Below, in pieces: positions 1-9,575 of a stretch of 64,000 nt of DNA. Below the pieces are notes generated by a model, which saw nothing but the letters and a program-made list of their open reading frames with translations, ran no database searches and had not been told where the DNA came from. Positions within the stretch are counted from its first letter, which is position 1. Each line of letters begins with the position of its first letter. The stretch is from Bdellovibrionota bacterium FG-1 (GTDB taxonomy: Bacteria > Bdellovibrionota > UBA1018). The DNA lies in NCBI GenBank assembly GCA_051382295.1, contig JBBCAW010000041.1:1-64000 (forward strand), written 5' to 3'. The translations under genes were made by a program, and so were the position numbers.

Positions 1-2
1 TG

Positions 3-110
3 GGCTTGGACGAGGAGATAATAAAGCGGTACGTGAAGTATCAGCAAAAAGAAGACCTGGGACAAGCGGAGCTTGCATTGCCCCCTGGTTCCCGAGTGCC
101 ACGGACGTAA
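3..110 (+). mobile_element. tnpA: IS200/IS605-family Y1 transposase, C-terminal end (5' part outside window)
   Basis: Frame from nt 3 reads GLDEEIIKRYVKYQQKEDLGQAEL...*, matching the TnpA C-terminal helix with catalytic Tyr (YxxxQ). Absent from the ORF track because it is truncated by the window edge. Confidence 0.85.
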
Positions 111-118
111 GTCCGTGG
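99..118 (+). repeat. IS200-type right-end subterminal hairpin
   Basis: Perfect hairpin CCACGGAC-GTAA-GTCCGTGG overlapping the tnpA stop codon. Confidence 0.8.
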
Positions 119-159
119 ATATCTAATTATGCAGCCTAACGGGTTATTATATAAACAGA

Positions 160-963
160 ATGAAGATCTTCGATTTCTCTAATTATCGTGATTTCGTCAT
201 CAAAACCGTGCGTTCCTTACCCAAGGCGGGCCGAGGGGAGTTTCTCAAGATCGCAAATCATCTGAAAATCCACACCAGTACTTTGAGCCAAGTCCTGAGC
301 GGCTTGAAACATTTCACTCTGGATCAAGCCTGCGCGCTTGCCGATTACTTTGGGTTCAACGAGCTGGAGACCCAGTACTTGCTTTACCTCGTCGAGCTGG
401 ATCGTGCTGGAACGGAGCGGCTCCGAGTTACGTTGAGAAAACAGATGGCGAAGATCAAGGAGCAAAGCAGGGAGCTTTCGGCCGTGGTCCCTGGAAAACG
501 AACTCTTTCAGAAGAGGAAAAGGCGATTTTCTATTCCAATTGGTTTTACACCGGAATTTGGGCTCTCACCTCGATTCCGGGCCACCAGACTTCTGAAGCG
601 ATCTCCCAGTATTTCGGTCTCCCCAAACTTCTTGTCAACCGCGTGATCCTGTTCCTCGTTTCAACCGGCCTGTGCATCGAGGAGAATGGGAGACTCCGGC
701 CTGGGACTACGTATGTTCATTTGGAGGCGGATTCGCCGTTCATCGGGCGGCATCACGCGAGCTGGAGGCAAAAGGCGATTGAGCGCCATCCCATCTTATC
801 CGAAAGCGAGATTGCTTACAGCTCGCCCATGTCACTTTCGCGAGATGATGCCGAGAAAGTTCGCAAGCGGGTGGTTGAGTGGGTCGAGCAGATCAATCGG
901 GTTCGCGATCCATCACCTTGCGAGACTCTTTATTTTTTAAACATAGACTGGATTAAATTTTAA
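160..963 (+). CDS. TIGR02147/DUF4423-family HTH protein (putative regulator)
   Basis: N-terminal IFDFSNYRDF, HTH-like STLSQVLSG, FYSNWFY, and C-terminal YFLNIDW, typical of this family. Confidence 0.8.
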   Translation: MKIFDFSNYRDFVIKTVRSLPKAGRGEFLKIANHLKIHTSTLSQVLSGLKHFTLDQACALADYFGFNELETQYLLYLVELDRAGTERLRVTLRKQMAKIKEQSRELSAVVPGKRTLSEEEKAIFYSNWFYTGIWALTSIPGHQTSEAISQYFGLPKLLVNRVILFLVSTGLCIEENGRLRPGTTYVHLEADSPFIGRHHASWRQKAIERHPILSESEIAYSSPMSLSRDDAEKVRKRVVEWVEQINRVRDPSPCETLYFLNIDWIKF

Positions 964-1181
964 AGGTACCTCCCGGCTTCAAGACTCTGGAAATCTCGGT
1001 AGCAAGTTGCCTGGCGTATGTTAGCCGTGGCCAAAATTCCCGCACCGTCGATGTGGTACTGAGTTTCAGGGAGCTTTTCGTCGGCTCGAGCCGTGCTGCT
1101 CAGAACCACCCAAAGAGCCCAGGCTGCGACCACAAAAGCGGTTTCAAAAAGATAGGTTTGCGAAGTGGTGGGTTTGCTCAT
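960..1181 (-). CDS. Small or truncated putative secreted protein
   Basis: ATG at 1181; hydrophobic stretch ending in ARA-D; stop overlaps the neighbouring gene's stop. Confidence 0.35.
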   Translation of the reverse strand: MSKPTTSQTYLFETAFVVAAWALWVVLSSTARADEKLPETQYHIDGAGILATANIRQATCYRDFQSLEAGRYL

Positions 1182-1322
1182 AGTGCCCCTTTGTGGCTTA
1201 TCAAGCAAGGGGTGGGCCAAAATGACACCATGCATCATTAAGTAAAATCAACGGGTTAGATTAGCGTATTCGGGGGTTTGGTGTCTATGTTGTGGACGAC
1301 TGTCCTACCCTTTTACGTATCA

Positions 1323-1423
1323 GGTTTTTGCTGGGTGCTATCGCGAAAATCACAACAGCCATGGATGGCGGAAGTTGTGTAAAAACAGGAGGTTTGCTTT
1401 CGCGATAGCACCCAGCAAAAACC
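1323..1423. repeat. 101-bp REP/MITE-like element with 26-bp perfect inverted repeats
   Basis: GGTTTTTGCTGGGTGCTATCGCGAAA (1323-1348) is the exact reverse complement of 1398-1423. Inner nested stems CACAAC/GTTGTG and GCCAT/ATGGC. Confidence 0.85.
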
Positions 1424-1424
1424 G

Positions 1425-2207
1425 TTATTTCCAGTCGCCTTGAAGGAGGAGATTCCCGTAAGCACTGGGTATCAATCCCAACTGGGGGCTCTGGGCTAAG
1501 CTTGGTCCTACGGCGAGACCCAAATGCCAGCGGATTTGAGGATTATTTTCGAGGGTAATATCGGTCGATAGTCCCCCTCCCGCGACGAAGGTCATTCCAT
1601 CATGACCTTCTTTGATCCGAAAAATTTGATTGGCCATCAAACGAATGCCGGTTGTTTGGCCCTGAAATTCGACGATTTTGATGTCTTGATCATGAGCCAG
1701 GGTGGGCGCATCCGTGAGGTCGACATAACCGCGCGCCGTAAGCGAATTTCCGACCGCGACCGATCCAGCGTAAACACCGCTGATTGACCTCATTCCATCG
1801 GGAGCAGTGGTGACGAGTCTTCCCCCGCCAGCCTGAAGAACAGGCCCATTTTTAGGGCCAAATTCAACGTTGTAGTAAGGGTGCTCCTCATTGACATTGA
1901 CTCGAGTGAGGTGAACTCCTGGGGTCGAGGGGAGGTCACCGGTTTCACCGGCATGGGATGATTTGGGCGGAATAAAAGAAAGGAAAGTACGGGCATCGTG
2001 AGGGGCCGCTAAAGGGGCAAACGCCGCGCTTCTGGCGAGGTGCATGACATGGAGAGTTTGTAGAATGGGTGAAAAACAGAGGTGGCCCTGCGAGTCCATG
2101 GCAGGAAGCGAATCTTTTTGGATGACAGGAGGGCAAGAAGGCAGGTCCGCCCGAGCCGAAATCGCTAGCCACGGAGCTGCTATCAGGCAGGAGCAAATCC
2201 AGCTCAT
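1425..2207 (-). CDS. Hypothetical secreted protein, beta-rich C-terminal half
   Basis: Likely start at ATG 2207 giving a signal peptide ending ISARA-D; ends in amphipathic strands (…YGNLLLQGDWK). Confidence 0.6.
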   Translation of the reverse strand: MSWICSCLIAAPWLAISARADLPSCPPVIQKDSLPAMDSQGHLCFSPILQTLHVMHLARSAAFAPLAAPHDARTFLSFIPPKSSHAGETGDLPSTPGVHLTRVNVNEEHPYYNVEFGPKNGPVLQAGGGRLVTTAPDGMRSISGVYAGSVAVGNSLTARGYVDLTDAPTLAHDQDIKIVEFQGQTTGIRLMANQIFRIKEGHDGMTFVAGGGLSTDITLENNPQIRWHLGLAVGPSLAQSPQLGLIPSAYGNLLLQGDWK

Positions 2208-2313
2208 CCGAAGATTGGGGAGACTTTTAAGTTCCATCGATGGAGGTATGCTGCAAATTATAGTCCGCTTGGGCGGGATGGGGTGGCGCCGTCGGAACGC
2301 TTGATTTGTTTCG

Positions 2314-2348
2314 AAAAAAAGAGCCATCCATTTCTGAGTGGCTTTTTT
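2314..2348. terminator. Terminator-like hairpin with A- and T-tracts between divergent genes
   Basis: AAAAAAAGAGCCA-TCCATTTCTGAG-TGGCTTTTTT. Confidence 0.45.
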
Positions 2349-2460
2349 GAGGGTGTCTAAAGAGTAGACAAGTCGTCGTTCTCTGCGTGACTTTTAGCGT
2401 CAACATTGTTAATAAAGCCCCCGTTCAACTGAAAATTCAAATTTGGGGGTTTCTTAAACG

Positions 2461-4512
2461 ATGGGTCCGAATTCGCAGGCTCTTTTAGCTGATGTTGAGA
2501 TGATCCGCGGCCTAGTGGGCGAAAAGCTCACTTTGGAGGCCTTTACTCAGCTTTCGGGCAATCTGGCGGGTTACCCTTTTGTGAAGCTCGTGATCGACTC
2601 AAAACCGAGTGAAGGAAAGAGTCCGCAGATTCATTTTATTAACCATCAGCGGTATCAGTTTCATTCGGACTATATTGCTGAGGCGATTTTGCAGGTCACG
2701 CCCAGTTCGATCGATCAAAATATCGACGAATTCAATCGCAGTGTTTATTTGAGCCCCGATCGCCGTTTTTGCCTCGGCATTTTGGCACTTCAGAAGACTT
2801 CCCTGGATGCGCCTACGACTGAGGGACAGCGGGCGGAGCGGTTTTTTACGCTTGAAACGGTCGAAATTGACAACATGGATTCCACCCTGGTTCAGTTTTT
2901 CTACGATACCGTAAAAACCCATGTTGATCGCGATTTCCCGATTTTCTTCAAGCCGGCCAATATTCAGCAAGAATCCATGATGACCAAGATCGACTCAGCC
3001 CTCTTGCCGCGAGTTTTTTCGCATGAGTTGATGGCTTCTGCGCAATACATCGCGCTCAATACGGGGACGGCCCGAGGGCGCTTGCGCGCCTTTAAGTCTG
3101 AGGCCGCATATCGCCAAGCTCGCGCGACGCTTGAGTGGTACGACATCATTGTGATGCGTCGGGTGCCCGATGATATTCCGAGGGTGTCTGGAATTATTAA
3201 TGCTCATCATACCACCCCTTTATCCCACACCAACGTATTGGCCTCCGGATGGCAGATCCCCAATGCCATTCAAATCGGTATTTTTGAACAAGTGGATGAG
3301 CAAGGTCTTGATGGCCAGTGGGTAAATTACGCGGTGGATGCCAATGCTCCGCAAGTGGGCCTCTCTAAAATTGCACGCCCTGTTGAATTGAATCAGCGCC
3401 CGGCTTGGAGCGTTCAGCGAATCAAGCTCGAAGAGCCCGAGACGATGCATACCCCGATTGTCGAGCTTCAGGCTCTGCGGATGAGTGATCGGTATCGTTA
3501 CGGCACGAAGGCTGCCAACTTAGGCGAGCTTCGCAATGTTCTGGAACGTGGTTCCGAACGCCTAATGGGTTTTTACCGCATTAAGCGGCCGCCCAGAGTG
3601 AATTTGCTCCCTTTTTTGGCGCAGTTTTTGGGTATGCCCGAAAAGATCGAGCCTCAAAACCTAGGCAAAAAAGCGAGCGAGTTTTTGCGGACCACAGTTC
3701 AGGTTCCTCGGGGGATCGCGATTCCTTTTTCCGTGCAGCAAGAGTTTTTGGAGAGCAGCCCTCGGATCCAACAGGCTATCGGAAAGCTCAAAATGGCGCT
3801 CGAGTTTGAAGCCCGTGAAACGGATGCTTTGTGCTTGACGCTGCAATCGTTGATTCGGCAAACGCGCGTCCCCGAGAAAATTCGCAATTACATTGATTCG
3901 CAAATTGCCAACGAACTAGCAGGCGTATCCAAGTTTGTGGTGCGAAGCTCTTCCAATGCTGAAGATCTCGAAAATTTTTCGGCGGCCGGCATTTACGAGT
4001 CCATTAATCACGTAGCCACCGCCGATAATATATTTCAGAGCATCAAAGAGGTTTGGGCTTCTTTGGTTTCGCCTCGGAGTGTTCGGTTGCGACATGAAGT
4101 CGGGATCTCGCTCGATGACTGTTACATGGGGGTCATTATTCAGGAAGAAGTCGAGGCTCAAATAGGCGGCGTTTTGGTCACCACCAATCCGATGAATCGA
4201 GCGGGTGATTTTCGAAACGTGTACATTAACGTGTCGTCCAAGTCAGTGACCAATATTGTGCAAGGCACGGACATGCCGTTTCAATATCTCTTTAATACCG
4301 TCGAGGGCGGAGGACGCACGCTCTCCTTAGGGAACGCGAAGGAAGATCTGCTGCCCGCGCAAAAGGACCTGCTTCAAAAATTGGCGTTTGCCGGGCGTCT
4401 TTTGCAGTCGCACTTCTCGCCGGACTATACTTTCAGCCATCCGGTAGATATTGAATGGGTGGCCAATGACGATGGTTTGTTTATCGTGCAGCTTCGCCCG
4501 TATTCCAAATAA
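2461..4512 (+). CDS. PEP/pyruvate-binding (PPDK_N ATP-grasp) dikinase-like protein with upstream phospho-His domain
   Basis: TPLSHTNVLASGWQIPN (His-swivel-like), YGTKAANLGEL, VPRGIAIP, VVRSSSNAED…SAAGIYES, MGVIIQE, DIEW, IVQLRP. Confidence 0.85.
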   Translation: MGPNSQALLADVEMIRGLVGEKLTLEAFTQLSGNLAGYPFVKLVIDSKPSEGKSPQIHFINHQRYQFHSDYIAEAILQVTPSSIDQNIDEFNRSVYLSPDRRFCLGILALQKTSLDAPTTEGQRAERFFTLETVEIDNMDSTLVQFFYDTVKTHVDRDFPIFFKPANIQQESMMTKIDSALLPRVFSHELMASAQYIALNTGTARGRLRAFKSEAAYRQARATLEWYDIIVMRRVPDDIPRVSGIINAHHTTPLSHTNVLASGWQIPNAIQIGIFEQVDEQGLDGQWVNYAVDANAPQVGLSKIARPVELNQRPAWSVQRIKLEEPETMHTPIVELQALRMSDRYRYGTKAANLGELRNVLERGSERLMGFYRIKRPPRVNLLPFLAQFLGMPEKIEPQNLGKKASEFLRTTVQVPRGIAIPFSVQQEFLESSPRIQQAIGKLKMALEFEARETDALCLTLQSLIRQTRVPEKIRNYIDSQIANELAGVSKFVVRSSSNAEDLENFSAAGIYESINHVATADNIFQSIKEVWASLVSPRSVRLRHEVGISLDDCYMGVIIQEEVEAQIGGVLVTTNPMNRAGDFRNVYINVSSKSVTNIVQGTDMPFQYLFNTVEGGGRTLSLGNAKEDLLPAQKDLLQKLAFAGRLLQSHFSPDYTFSHPVDIEWVANDDGLFIVQLRPYSK

Positions 4513-4515
4513 GGT

Positions 4516-5736
4516 ATGAACTCTAAGACGCGTCGAGTAATTTGGCTCTATTACGGGTTCCAGTTTTTTTTCTCGATGCTGCTTTGGGTGCCGATTTTCT
4601 ACGACTACCAAAAGAAGATCGGGCTCGATGATTCGCAGATTTTTCGCATTCAAAGTCTTTATTATATCGCCTTTTGCGTGCTGGAAATTCCAACGGGCTT
4701 TTTGGCGGACTTCGGGGGACATCGGTTTTGTCTGAAGTTAGGAGCCCTGGTCCTGACTGTCGCCAATTTGTTGCCCATATTTGCCCCTACCTACTTTGGA
4801 TTTTTGGGACACTTTTTGTTGATTGCGCTGGCGCGCTCATTGGTTTCGGGCGCCTCGAGCGCCTATCTGTATGACTATTTGAAAGTTCATGGCGCGATTT
4901 CTGAATATAAGCGAGCTGAGGGGAACGCTCGGTCCTATAGTCTCATCGGCCGGGTTATTTGTTGGGCCGGGATCGGGGCGATCATGCAGTGGCATTTATC
5001 CCTTCCTTATTGGCTGACTGCTGGGTTTGCCGCGGTGTCGGTCGTTTTTGCATTTGGCCTTCCGGTTCTGAAACTTCCTCCTTCCTCAGAGAGTGGTCAA
5101 AGGACGGCAGCTTGGCGCCAGCTTGCCCCTGTGCTGGCGGTTTTGGTGAGAACTCCCGTTTTGCTATTGATCATGTTTCAGGGAATCGCGATTTTTGTGA
5201 TGGCTCGAATCGCAACCGTGAACTTGTTTCAGCCGGTTTTGAGCCAAAAGGCCTTTAGTTTGAGTGCCTATGGCGCGATTATGTCGGGTCTTACGGTTTT
5301 CGAAGCGCTGGGGTCGGCTTACCCTCACTGGATGCGCCGCTGGTGGAATGACTTGAACTCTGTCTTCATTTTGACCCTGGCGATGGCTCTCAGTTTAGGG
5401 GCTCTGGCCTACGCAGGCCAGGTAGGAACCGTGGTTGGCTTTTGTGCCTTCTCGTTGGCGGTCGGTCTTGCTTTTCCCATTCAAAGGCAGCTCTTAAATG
5501 ACGCTATCCCTGATTCTCGATACCGGGCCACGTTGCTTTCGGTCGAATCGCTCATTGATCGGGCCGTTTGCGCAGGAGTGGTGGGCTTGATGGGGACCTA
5601 TGTTGCGGGTGGTCGCGTGGGCGATTTTTTGAAGGTTTCAGCAGCGGTGAGTCTGCTGAATGTAGCGATTTTATATTTGGCCGTGGTTTGGGTCTTGCGA
5701 AGACGCAGGAATTCGACACCCAGCGTAATTGTATAA
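4516..5736 (+). CDS. MFS transporter
   Basis: About 12 hydrophobic segments; EIPTGFLADFGGHR (motif A-like), SGASSAYLYD, RATLLS. Starts 3 bp after the dikinase stop. Confidence 0.9.
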   Translation: MNSKTRRVIWLYYGFQFFFSMLLWVPIFYDYQKKIGLDDSQIFRIQSLYYIAFCVLEIPTGFLADFGGHRFCLKLGALVLTVANLLPIFAPTYFGFLGHFLLIALARSLVSGASSAYLYDYLKVHGAISEYKRAEGNARSYSLIGRVICWAGIGAIMQWHLSLPYWLTAGFAAVSVVFAFGLPVLKLPPSSESGQRTAAWRQLAPVLAVLVRTPVLLLIMFQGIAIFVMARIATVNLFQPVLSQKAFSLSAYGAIMSGLTVFEALGSAYPHWMRRWWNDLNSVFILTLAMALSLGALAYAGQVGTVVGFCAFSLAVGLAFPIQRQLLNDAIPDSRYRATLLSVESLIDRAVCAGVVGLMGTYVAGGRVGDFLKVSAAVSLLNVAILYLAVVWVLRRRRNSTPSVIV

Positions 5737-5856
5737 CCATCTGAAAACATCTTTAAAAATATAAAACTTCACTGAACGACTCAAACACTTTGACAACACT
5801 CTGGCGAGTCATCTATGACCGTTAGAAAACCTCTACATACATGAAGGAACAATAGC

Positions 5857-8352
5857 ATGCGTCATTCAATGCAGCATTTTGTCCGGCACATCGCCAAGCA
5901 ATCAGGGTGGATAGCTCTTGCGACCTTGATCTTCGGCGCCCAAGCCTTCGCTAGCGAAGCGGAGTTGCCGATTCCGGAGCTGAACACGATTTACACGGTT
6001 TTCGGCATGAGCGTTTCTGGCGAAACGATTCTGGGCCTCGGCATGGTCGTGGGTGCGATCGGCCTGATTTTCGGCTTGGTTGAGTTTTTGAAAATCAAGG
6101 CTCTTCCAGCCCACGATTCGATGTTGGAAGTCTCCCATTTGATTTATGAAACCTGCAAAACCTACCTTTTTCAGCAGGGCAAGCTTTTGCTTGTGCTTGA
6201 AGCCTTTATTGGCTCTTGCATGTTCTATTACTTTTTTGCGCTCAAAAACATGGAGCTCCCTCGAGTTCTCTTGATTCTTTTGTGGTCGGTTTTGGGTATC
6301 GCCGGTTCTTTTGGTGTGGCTTGGTTTGGCATTCGAATCAATACTTATGCTAATTCACGCACGGCTTTTGCCTCCCTGGGTGGCAAGCCCTATTCGGTGA
6401 TGGATATTCCGCTTCGTGCAGGGATGTCCATTGGTGTGCTTTTGATTTGCGTCGAATTGATCATGATGTTGTTCATTCTTCTTTTCATTCCTAAAGAAAG
6501 CGCGGGCGCATGCTTCATCGGTTTTGCGATTGGTGAATCCCTCGGAGCCTCGGCTCTCCGAATTTGCGGCGGTATCTTTACCAAGATTGCTGACATCGGT
6601 TCGGATTTGATGAAGATTGTTTTCAATATTAAGGAAGACGACGCACGTAACCCAGGCGTCATTGCCGATTGTACGGGTGATAACGCGGGCGATTCCGTGG
6701 GCCCGACAGCTGACGGTTTTGAGACCTATGGTGTGACGGGCGTGGCATTGATCAGCTTTATCGTTCTCGCGGTGGGGATGACCCAAGGCGCAGACGGTAA
6801 ACTTATCCTGGGTCCGAATGGTGTGGATCTTCAGGCTCGGCTCATCGTTTGGATTTTTGCGATGCGCGTGCTCATGATTGTGACCTCGATCTTTTCTTAT
6901 TGGATCAATGGAGCTATTTCGAGAGCAGCTTATGCGGCTAAGGATCACTTCGATTTTGAAGCTCCTTTGACTTCCCTTGTTTGGATTACCTCGCTTGTTT
7001 CGATCGCGGTGACCTTTATGGTGAGCGCGGTTTTGATCAAAGAGATGGGTGATGGAACGCTGTGGTGGAAACTTTCGTTAATCATCAGCTGTGGCACGAT
7101 TGCCGCTGCCGTGATTCCGGAACTCACCAAGGTGTTCACTTCGGCCAAATCCAAGCATGTGGCTGAAATAGTTTCGGCTTCTCGTGAAGGGGGAGCGTCT
7201 CTAGCCATTCTTTCAGGGTTGGTTGCAGGTAACTTCAGCGCCTTTTGGAAGGGTATGACTTTTGTGGGCCTCATGCTTGTGGCTTATTTGACTAGCTCTC
7301 AGGGACTCGGGACGATCATGGTTTATCCAGCCGTGTTTTCCTTCGGACTCGTGGCCTTTGGTTTCCTCGGCATGGGCCCGGTGACCATTGCCGTGGACAG
7401 CTATGGACCTGTGACTGACAATGCACAGTCTGTGTTTGAACTCTCACAAATCGAAAGCATTCCTGGCATTTCAGCTGAGATCGAAAAGAAATTCGGTTTC
7501 AAACCTAATTTCGAACAGGGCAAGCATCGTCTGGAAGAAAACGATTCAGCGGGTAACACGTTCAAAGCTACCGCAAAACCGGTGCTGATCGGTACAGCGG
7601 TCATTGGCGCAACCACGATGATCTTTTCGATCATTCTGCTTTTGAATCTGAAGTTGGATCTTTTGGATCCTCGGGTTCTGCTGGGTTTGATCACGGGCGG
7701 AGCGGTGGTTTACTGGTTTACAGGCGCATCGATGCAGGCGGTCACGACCGGAGCTTATCGTGCCGTGGAGTTCATCAAAGCGAATATTCGCCTGGATGAT
7801 GGAGCAGCCAAGGCATCGGTTGAGGACTCTAAAAAAGTCGTCCAGATCTGCACTCAGTATGCCCAAGCGGGTATGGTCAATATTTTCGGAGTGATTTTCT
7901 GCTTCACTTTGGCGTTCGCCTGCTTTGATCCGACCTTCTTTGCCAGCTACTTGATTTCAATCGCTGTTTTCGGTTTGTTCCAGGCTATCTTCATGGCGAA
8001 TGCCGGTGGCGCTTGGGATAATGCTAAAAAAGTGGTGGAAGTCGACCTGCGTGAAAAGGGTTCTGCACTTCATGCTGCGACGGTTGTCGGCGATACCGTG
8101 GGCGATCCGTTCAAGGATACCTCATCGGTAGCTCTCAATCCGATCATCAAATTCACGACTCTCTTCGGTCTTTTGGCTGTGGAGATCGCGGTTTCGGCAC
8201 CTGAACGCGCGCTTTACTTCGGTATCGTGTTCTTCATCGTGGGTTGCGGCTTTGTGGCTCGTTCCTTCTATGGGATGCGCATTAGCAATCTCACTGTTCA
8301 GGAATCGGCAGCTCAGGCACGAGCCAAAGAGAACAAGCCGGTTCTCGCGTAA
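5857..8352 (+). CDS. hppA: Membrane-integral ion-translocating pyrophosphatase
   Basis: GGIFTKIADIGSDL, EDDARNPGVIAD, DSYGPVTDNA, NAGGAWDNAKK, GDTVGDPFKDTS. Confidence 0.95.
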   Translation: MRHSMQHFVRHIAKQSGWIALATLIFGAQAFASEAELPIPELNTIYTVFGMSVSGETILGLGMVVGAIGLIFGLVEFLKIKALPAHDSMLEVSHLIYETCKTYLFQQGKLLLVLEAFIGSCMFYYFFALKNMELPRVLLILLWSVLGIAGSFGVAWFGIRINTYANSRTAFASLGGKPYSVMDIPLRAGMSIGVLLICVELIMMLFILLFIPKESAGACFIGFAIGESLGASALRICGGIFTKIADIGSDLMKIVFNIKEDDARNPGVIADCTGDNAGDSVGPTADGFETYGVTGVALISFIVLAVGMTQGADGKLILGPNGVDLQARLIVWIFAMRVLMIVTSIFSYWINGAISRAAYAAKDHFDFEAPLTSLVWITSLVSIAVTFMVSAVLIKEMGDGTLWWKLSLIISCGTIAAAVIPELTKVFTSAKSKHVAEIVSASREGGASLAILSGLVAGNFSAFWKGMTFVGLMLVAYLTSSQGLGTIMVYPAVFSFGLVAFGFLGMGPVTIAVDSYGPVTDNAQSVFELSQIESIPGISAEIEKKFGFKPNFEQGKHRLEENDSAGNTFKATAKPVLIGTAVIGATTMIFSIILLLNLKLDLLDPRVLLGLITGGAVVYWFTGASMQAVTTGAYRAVEFIKANIRLDDGAAKASVEDSKKVVQICTQYAQAGMVNIFGVIFCFTLAFACFDPTFFASYLISIAVFGLFQAIFMANAGGAWDNAKKVVEVDLREKGSALHAATVVGDTVGDPFKDTSSVALNPIIKFTTLFGLLAVEIAVSAPERALYFGIVFFIVGCGFVARSFYGMRISNLTVQESAAQARAKENKPVLA

Positions 8353-8382
8353 ATAATCGTTAGGCATTCAAGTTCATTCGAT

Positions 8383-8416
8383 GGCGGCTCTACCTGGTTC
8401 AGGTAGGGCCGTTTTC
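8383..8416. terminator. Rho-independent terminator between convergent hppA and GNAT genes
   Basis: GGCGGCTCTACCTG-GTT-CAGGTAGGGCCGTTTT hairpin. Confidence 0.7.
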
Positions 8417-8905
8417 GTATGTGCGAATTCTACTCATCACCCAATGCGGCCCAACCCCTGGAATTTCAAATTCCACGCCTTCTTTTTGAAAGCCCTGCTT
8501 CAAATAAAAGCCCACCGCACTCGTTCGAGCGTTGCACCAAAGGATACCACCCGATTTGTTTGCTCTGACCCACTCAGTGCAGGCAGACAGCACTGCCCTT
8601 CCAAAACCTTGGCCTCGCGCATGCGGCTCACTCGCCATTCCACGAAGCTGCCATGCAAGGTCAGGAGTGCCCGGTTTTGCAGCCCTAAATAGGGATGCGA
8701 CGGCCATGAGCTTCTTATCGGCGCTAAAGGCGCCCCAATGAGTGGTCGTAGCGAGTTGATCCCCCGCAAAAATAGCGTCTTGAATGGGACGTCCTGGGCG
8801 AAGGACTTGATGACGGAGCGGAAGGACCTCGGTGGGGGTTATTTGCCGGACGATGATTCCTAGACCGGGAGTGCGCCCCTGAGTGTCATGAATGGATGTG
8901 GACAT
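8399..8905 (-). CDS. GNAT-family N-acetyltransferase
   Basis: LRHQVLRPG, WQLRGMA…RGQGFG, LWCNARTSAVGFY. Confidence 0.9.
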   Translation of the reverse strand: MSTSIHDTQGRTPGLGIIVRQITPTEVLPLRHQVLRPGRPIQDAIFAGDQLATTTHWGAFSADKKLMAVASLFRAAKPGTPDLAWQLRGMASEPHARGQGFGRAVLSACTEWVRANKSGGILWCNARTSAVGFYLKQGFQKEGVEFEIPGVGPHWVMSRIRTYENGPT

Positions 8906-8912
8906 GTTCTAG

Positions 8913-9572
8913 CTACCTTCTCATCTTGCGCCGAAACTGTTCCCTTCGAATCGTCTGCCGCAGCTGGCTGATCAAAGAAGGCCCAAAAAAGACGAGGCAA
9001 TTGGAGTAAATCGCCAGCATGAAAAAGCGTTCAAGCCAATCGGCCTGTAGGAATTTCCACCCGATGCCCGCGAGCGCGAACCAGGCTAGCCATTTGATTT
9101 TGACGGGGACCACAAAAAATAGCTGGATTTCGGTCTCTGGAAAGAGCGCTGCTGCGGCTAAAAACAGGGTCGATTCAAAATCTGCGACTTCCGTGATGGG
9201 ATAACCTGTTAGCATCGAAAAGATAATCGTCACGACGATCGAGATCAAAACGTAAAGCGTGGTCTTGAAGGCACCCCATTCATTTTCGATCGTATTGATG
9301 ATGAAATAAAGAAACCAAAGGGCAAAAATCACCCAGAGGGGATGCAAGGACAGGGGAAGCGCGAGGAATGTGACGAGTCTCCAGATTTCACCATGAGTCA
9401 CGGCTTCTGGAATGAGTGCCAAACGCGCAACCCAGAGTGGGTCCAGGTTCACCATCACAAACCCTAAGGCCTGAAGGGTAATAAAAAGAACCGCGATATG
9501 TGGAACTGCTAGCCAACCGAGTTTACGTTCTAAAAATCGAAGCCAACGGGGCGAAGCATCGGTAGAAAGCAT
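8913..9572 (-). CDS. Rhomboid/Der1-like membrane protein
   Basis: GEIWRLVTFL, IENEWG, LFFVVPVKIKWL; no clear GxSG catalytic motif. Confidence 0.7.
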   Translation of the reverse strand: MLSTDASPRWLRFLERKLGWLAVPHIAVLFITLQALGFVMVNLDPLWVARLALIPEAVTHGEIWRLVTFLALPLSLHPLWVIFALWFLYFIINTIENEWGAFKTTLYVLISIVVTIIFSMLTGYPITEVADFESTLFLAAAALFPETEIQLFFVVPVKIKWLAWFALAGIGWKFLQADWLERFFMLAIYSNCLVFFGPSLISQLRQTIRREQFRRKMRR

Positions 9573-9575
9573 TTT

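Noticed and set aside
2461..4512. Annotation as ppsA, ppdK or rph
   Set aside because: Domain order differs and no PEP-binding barrel or rifamycin-binding domain is evident.
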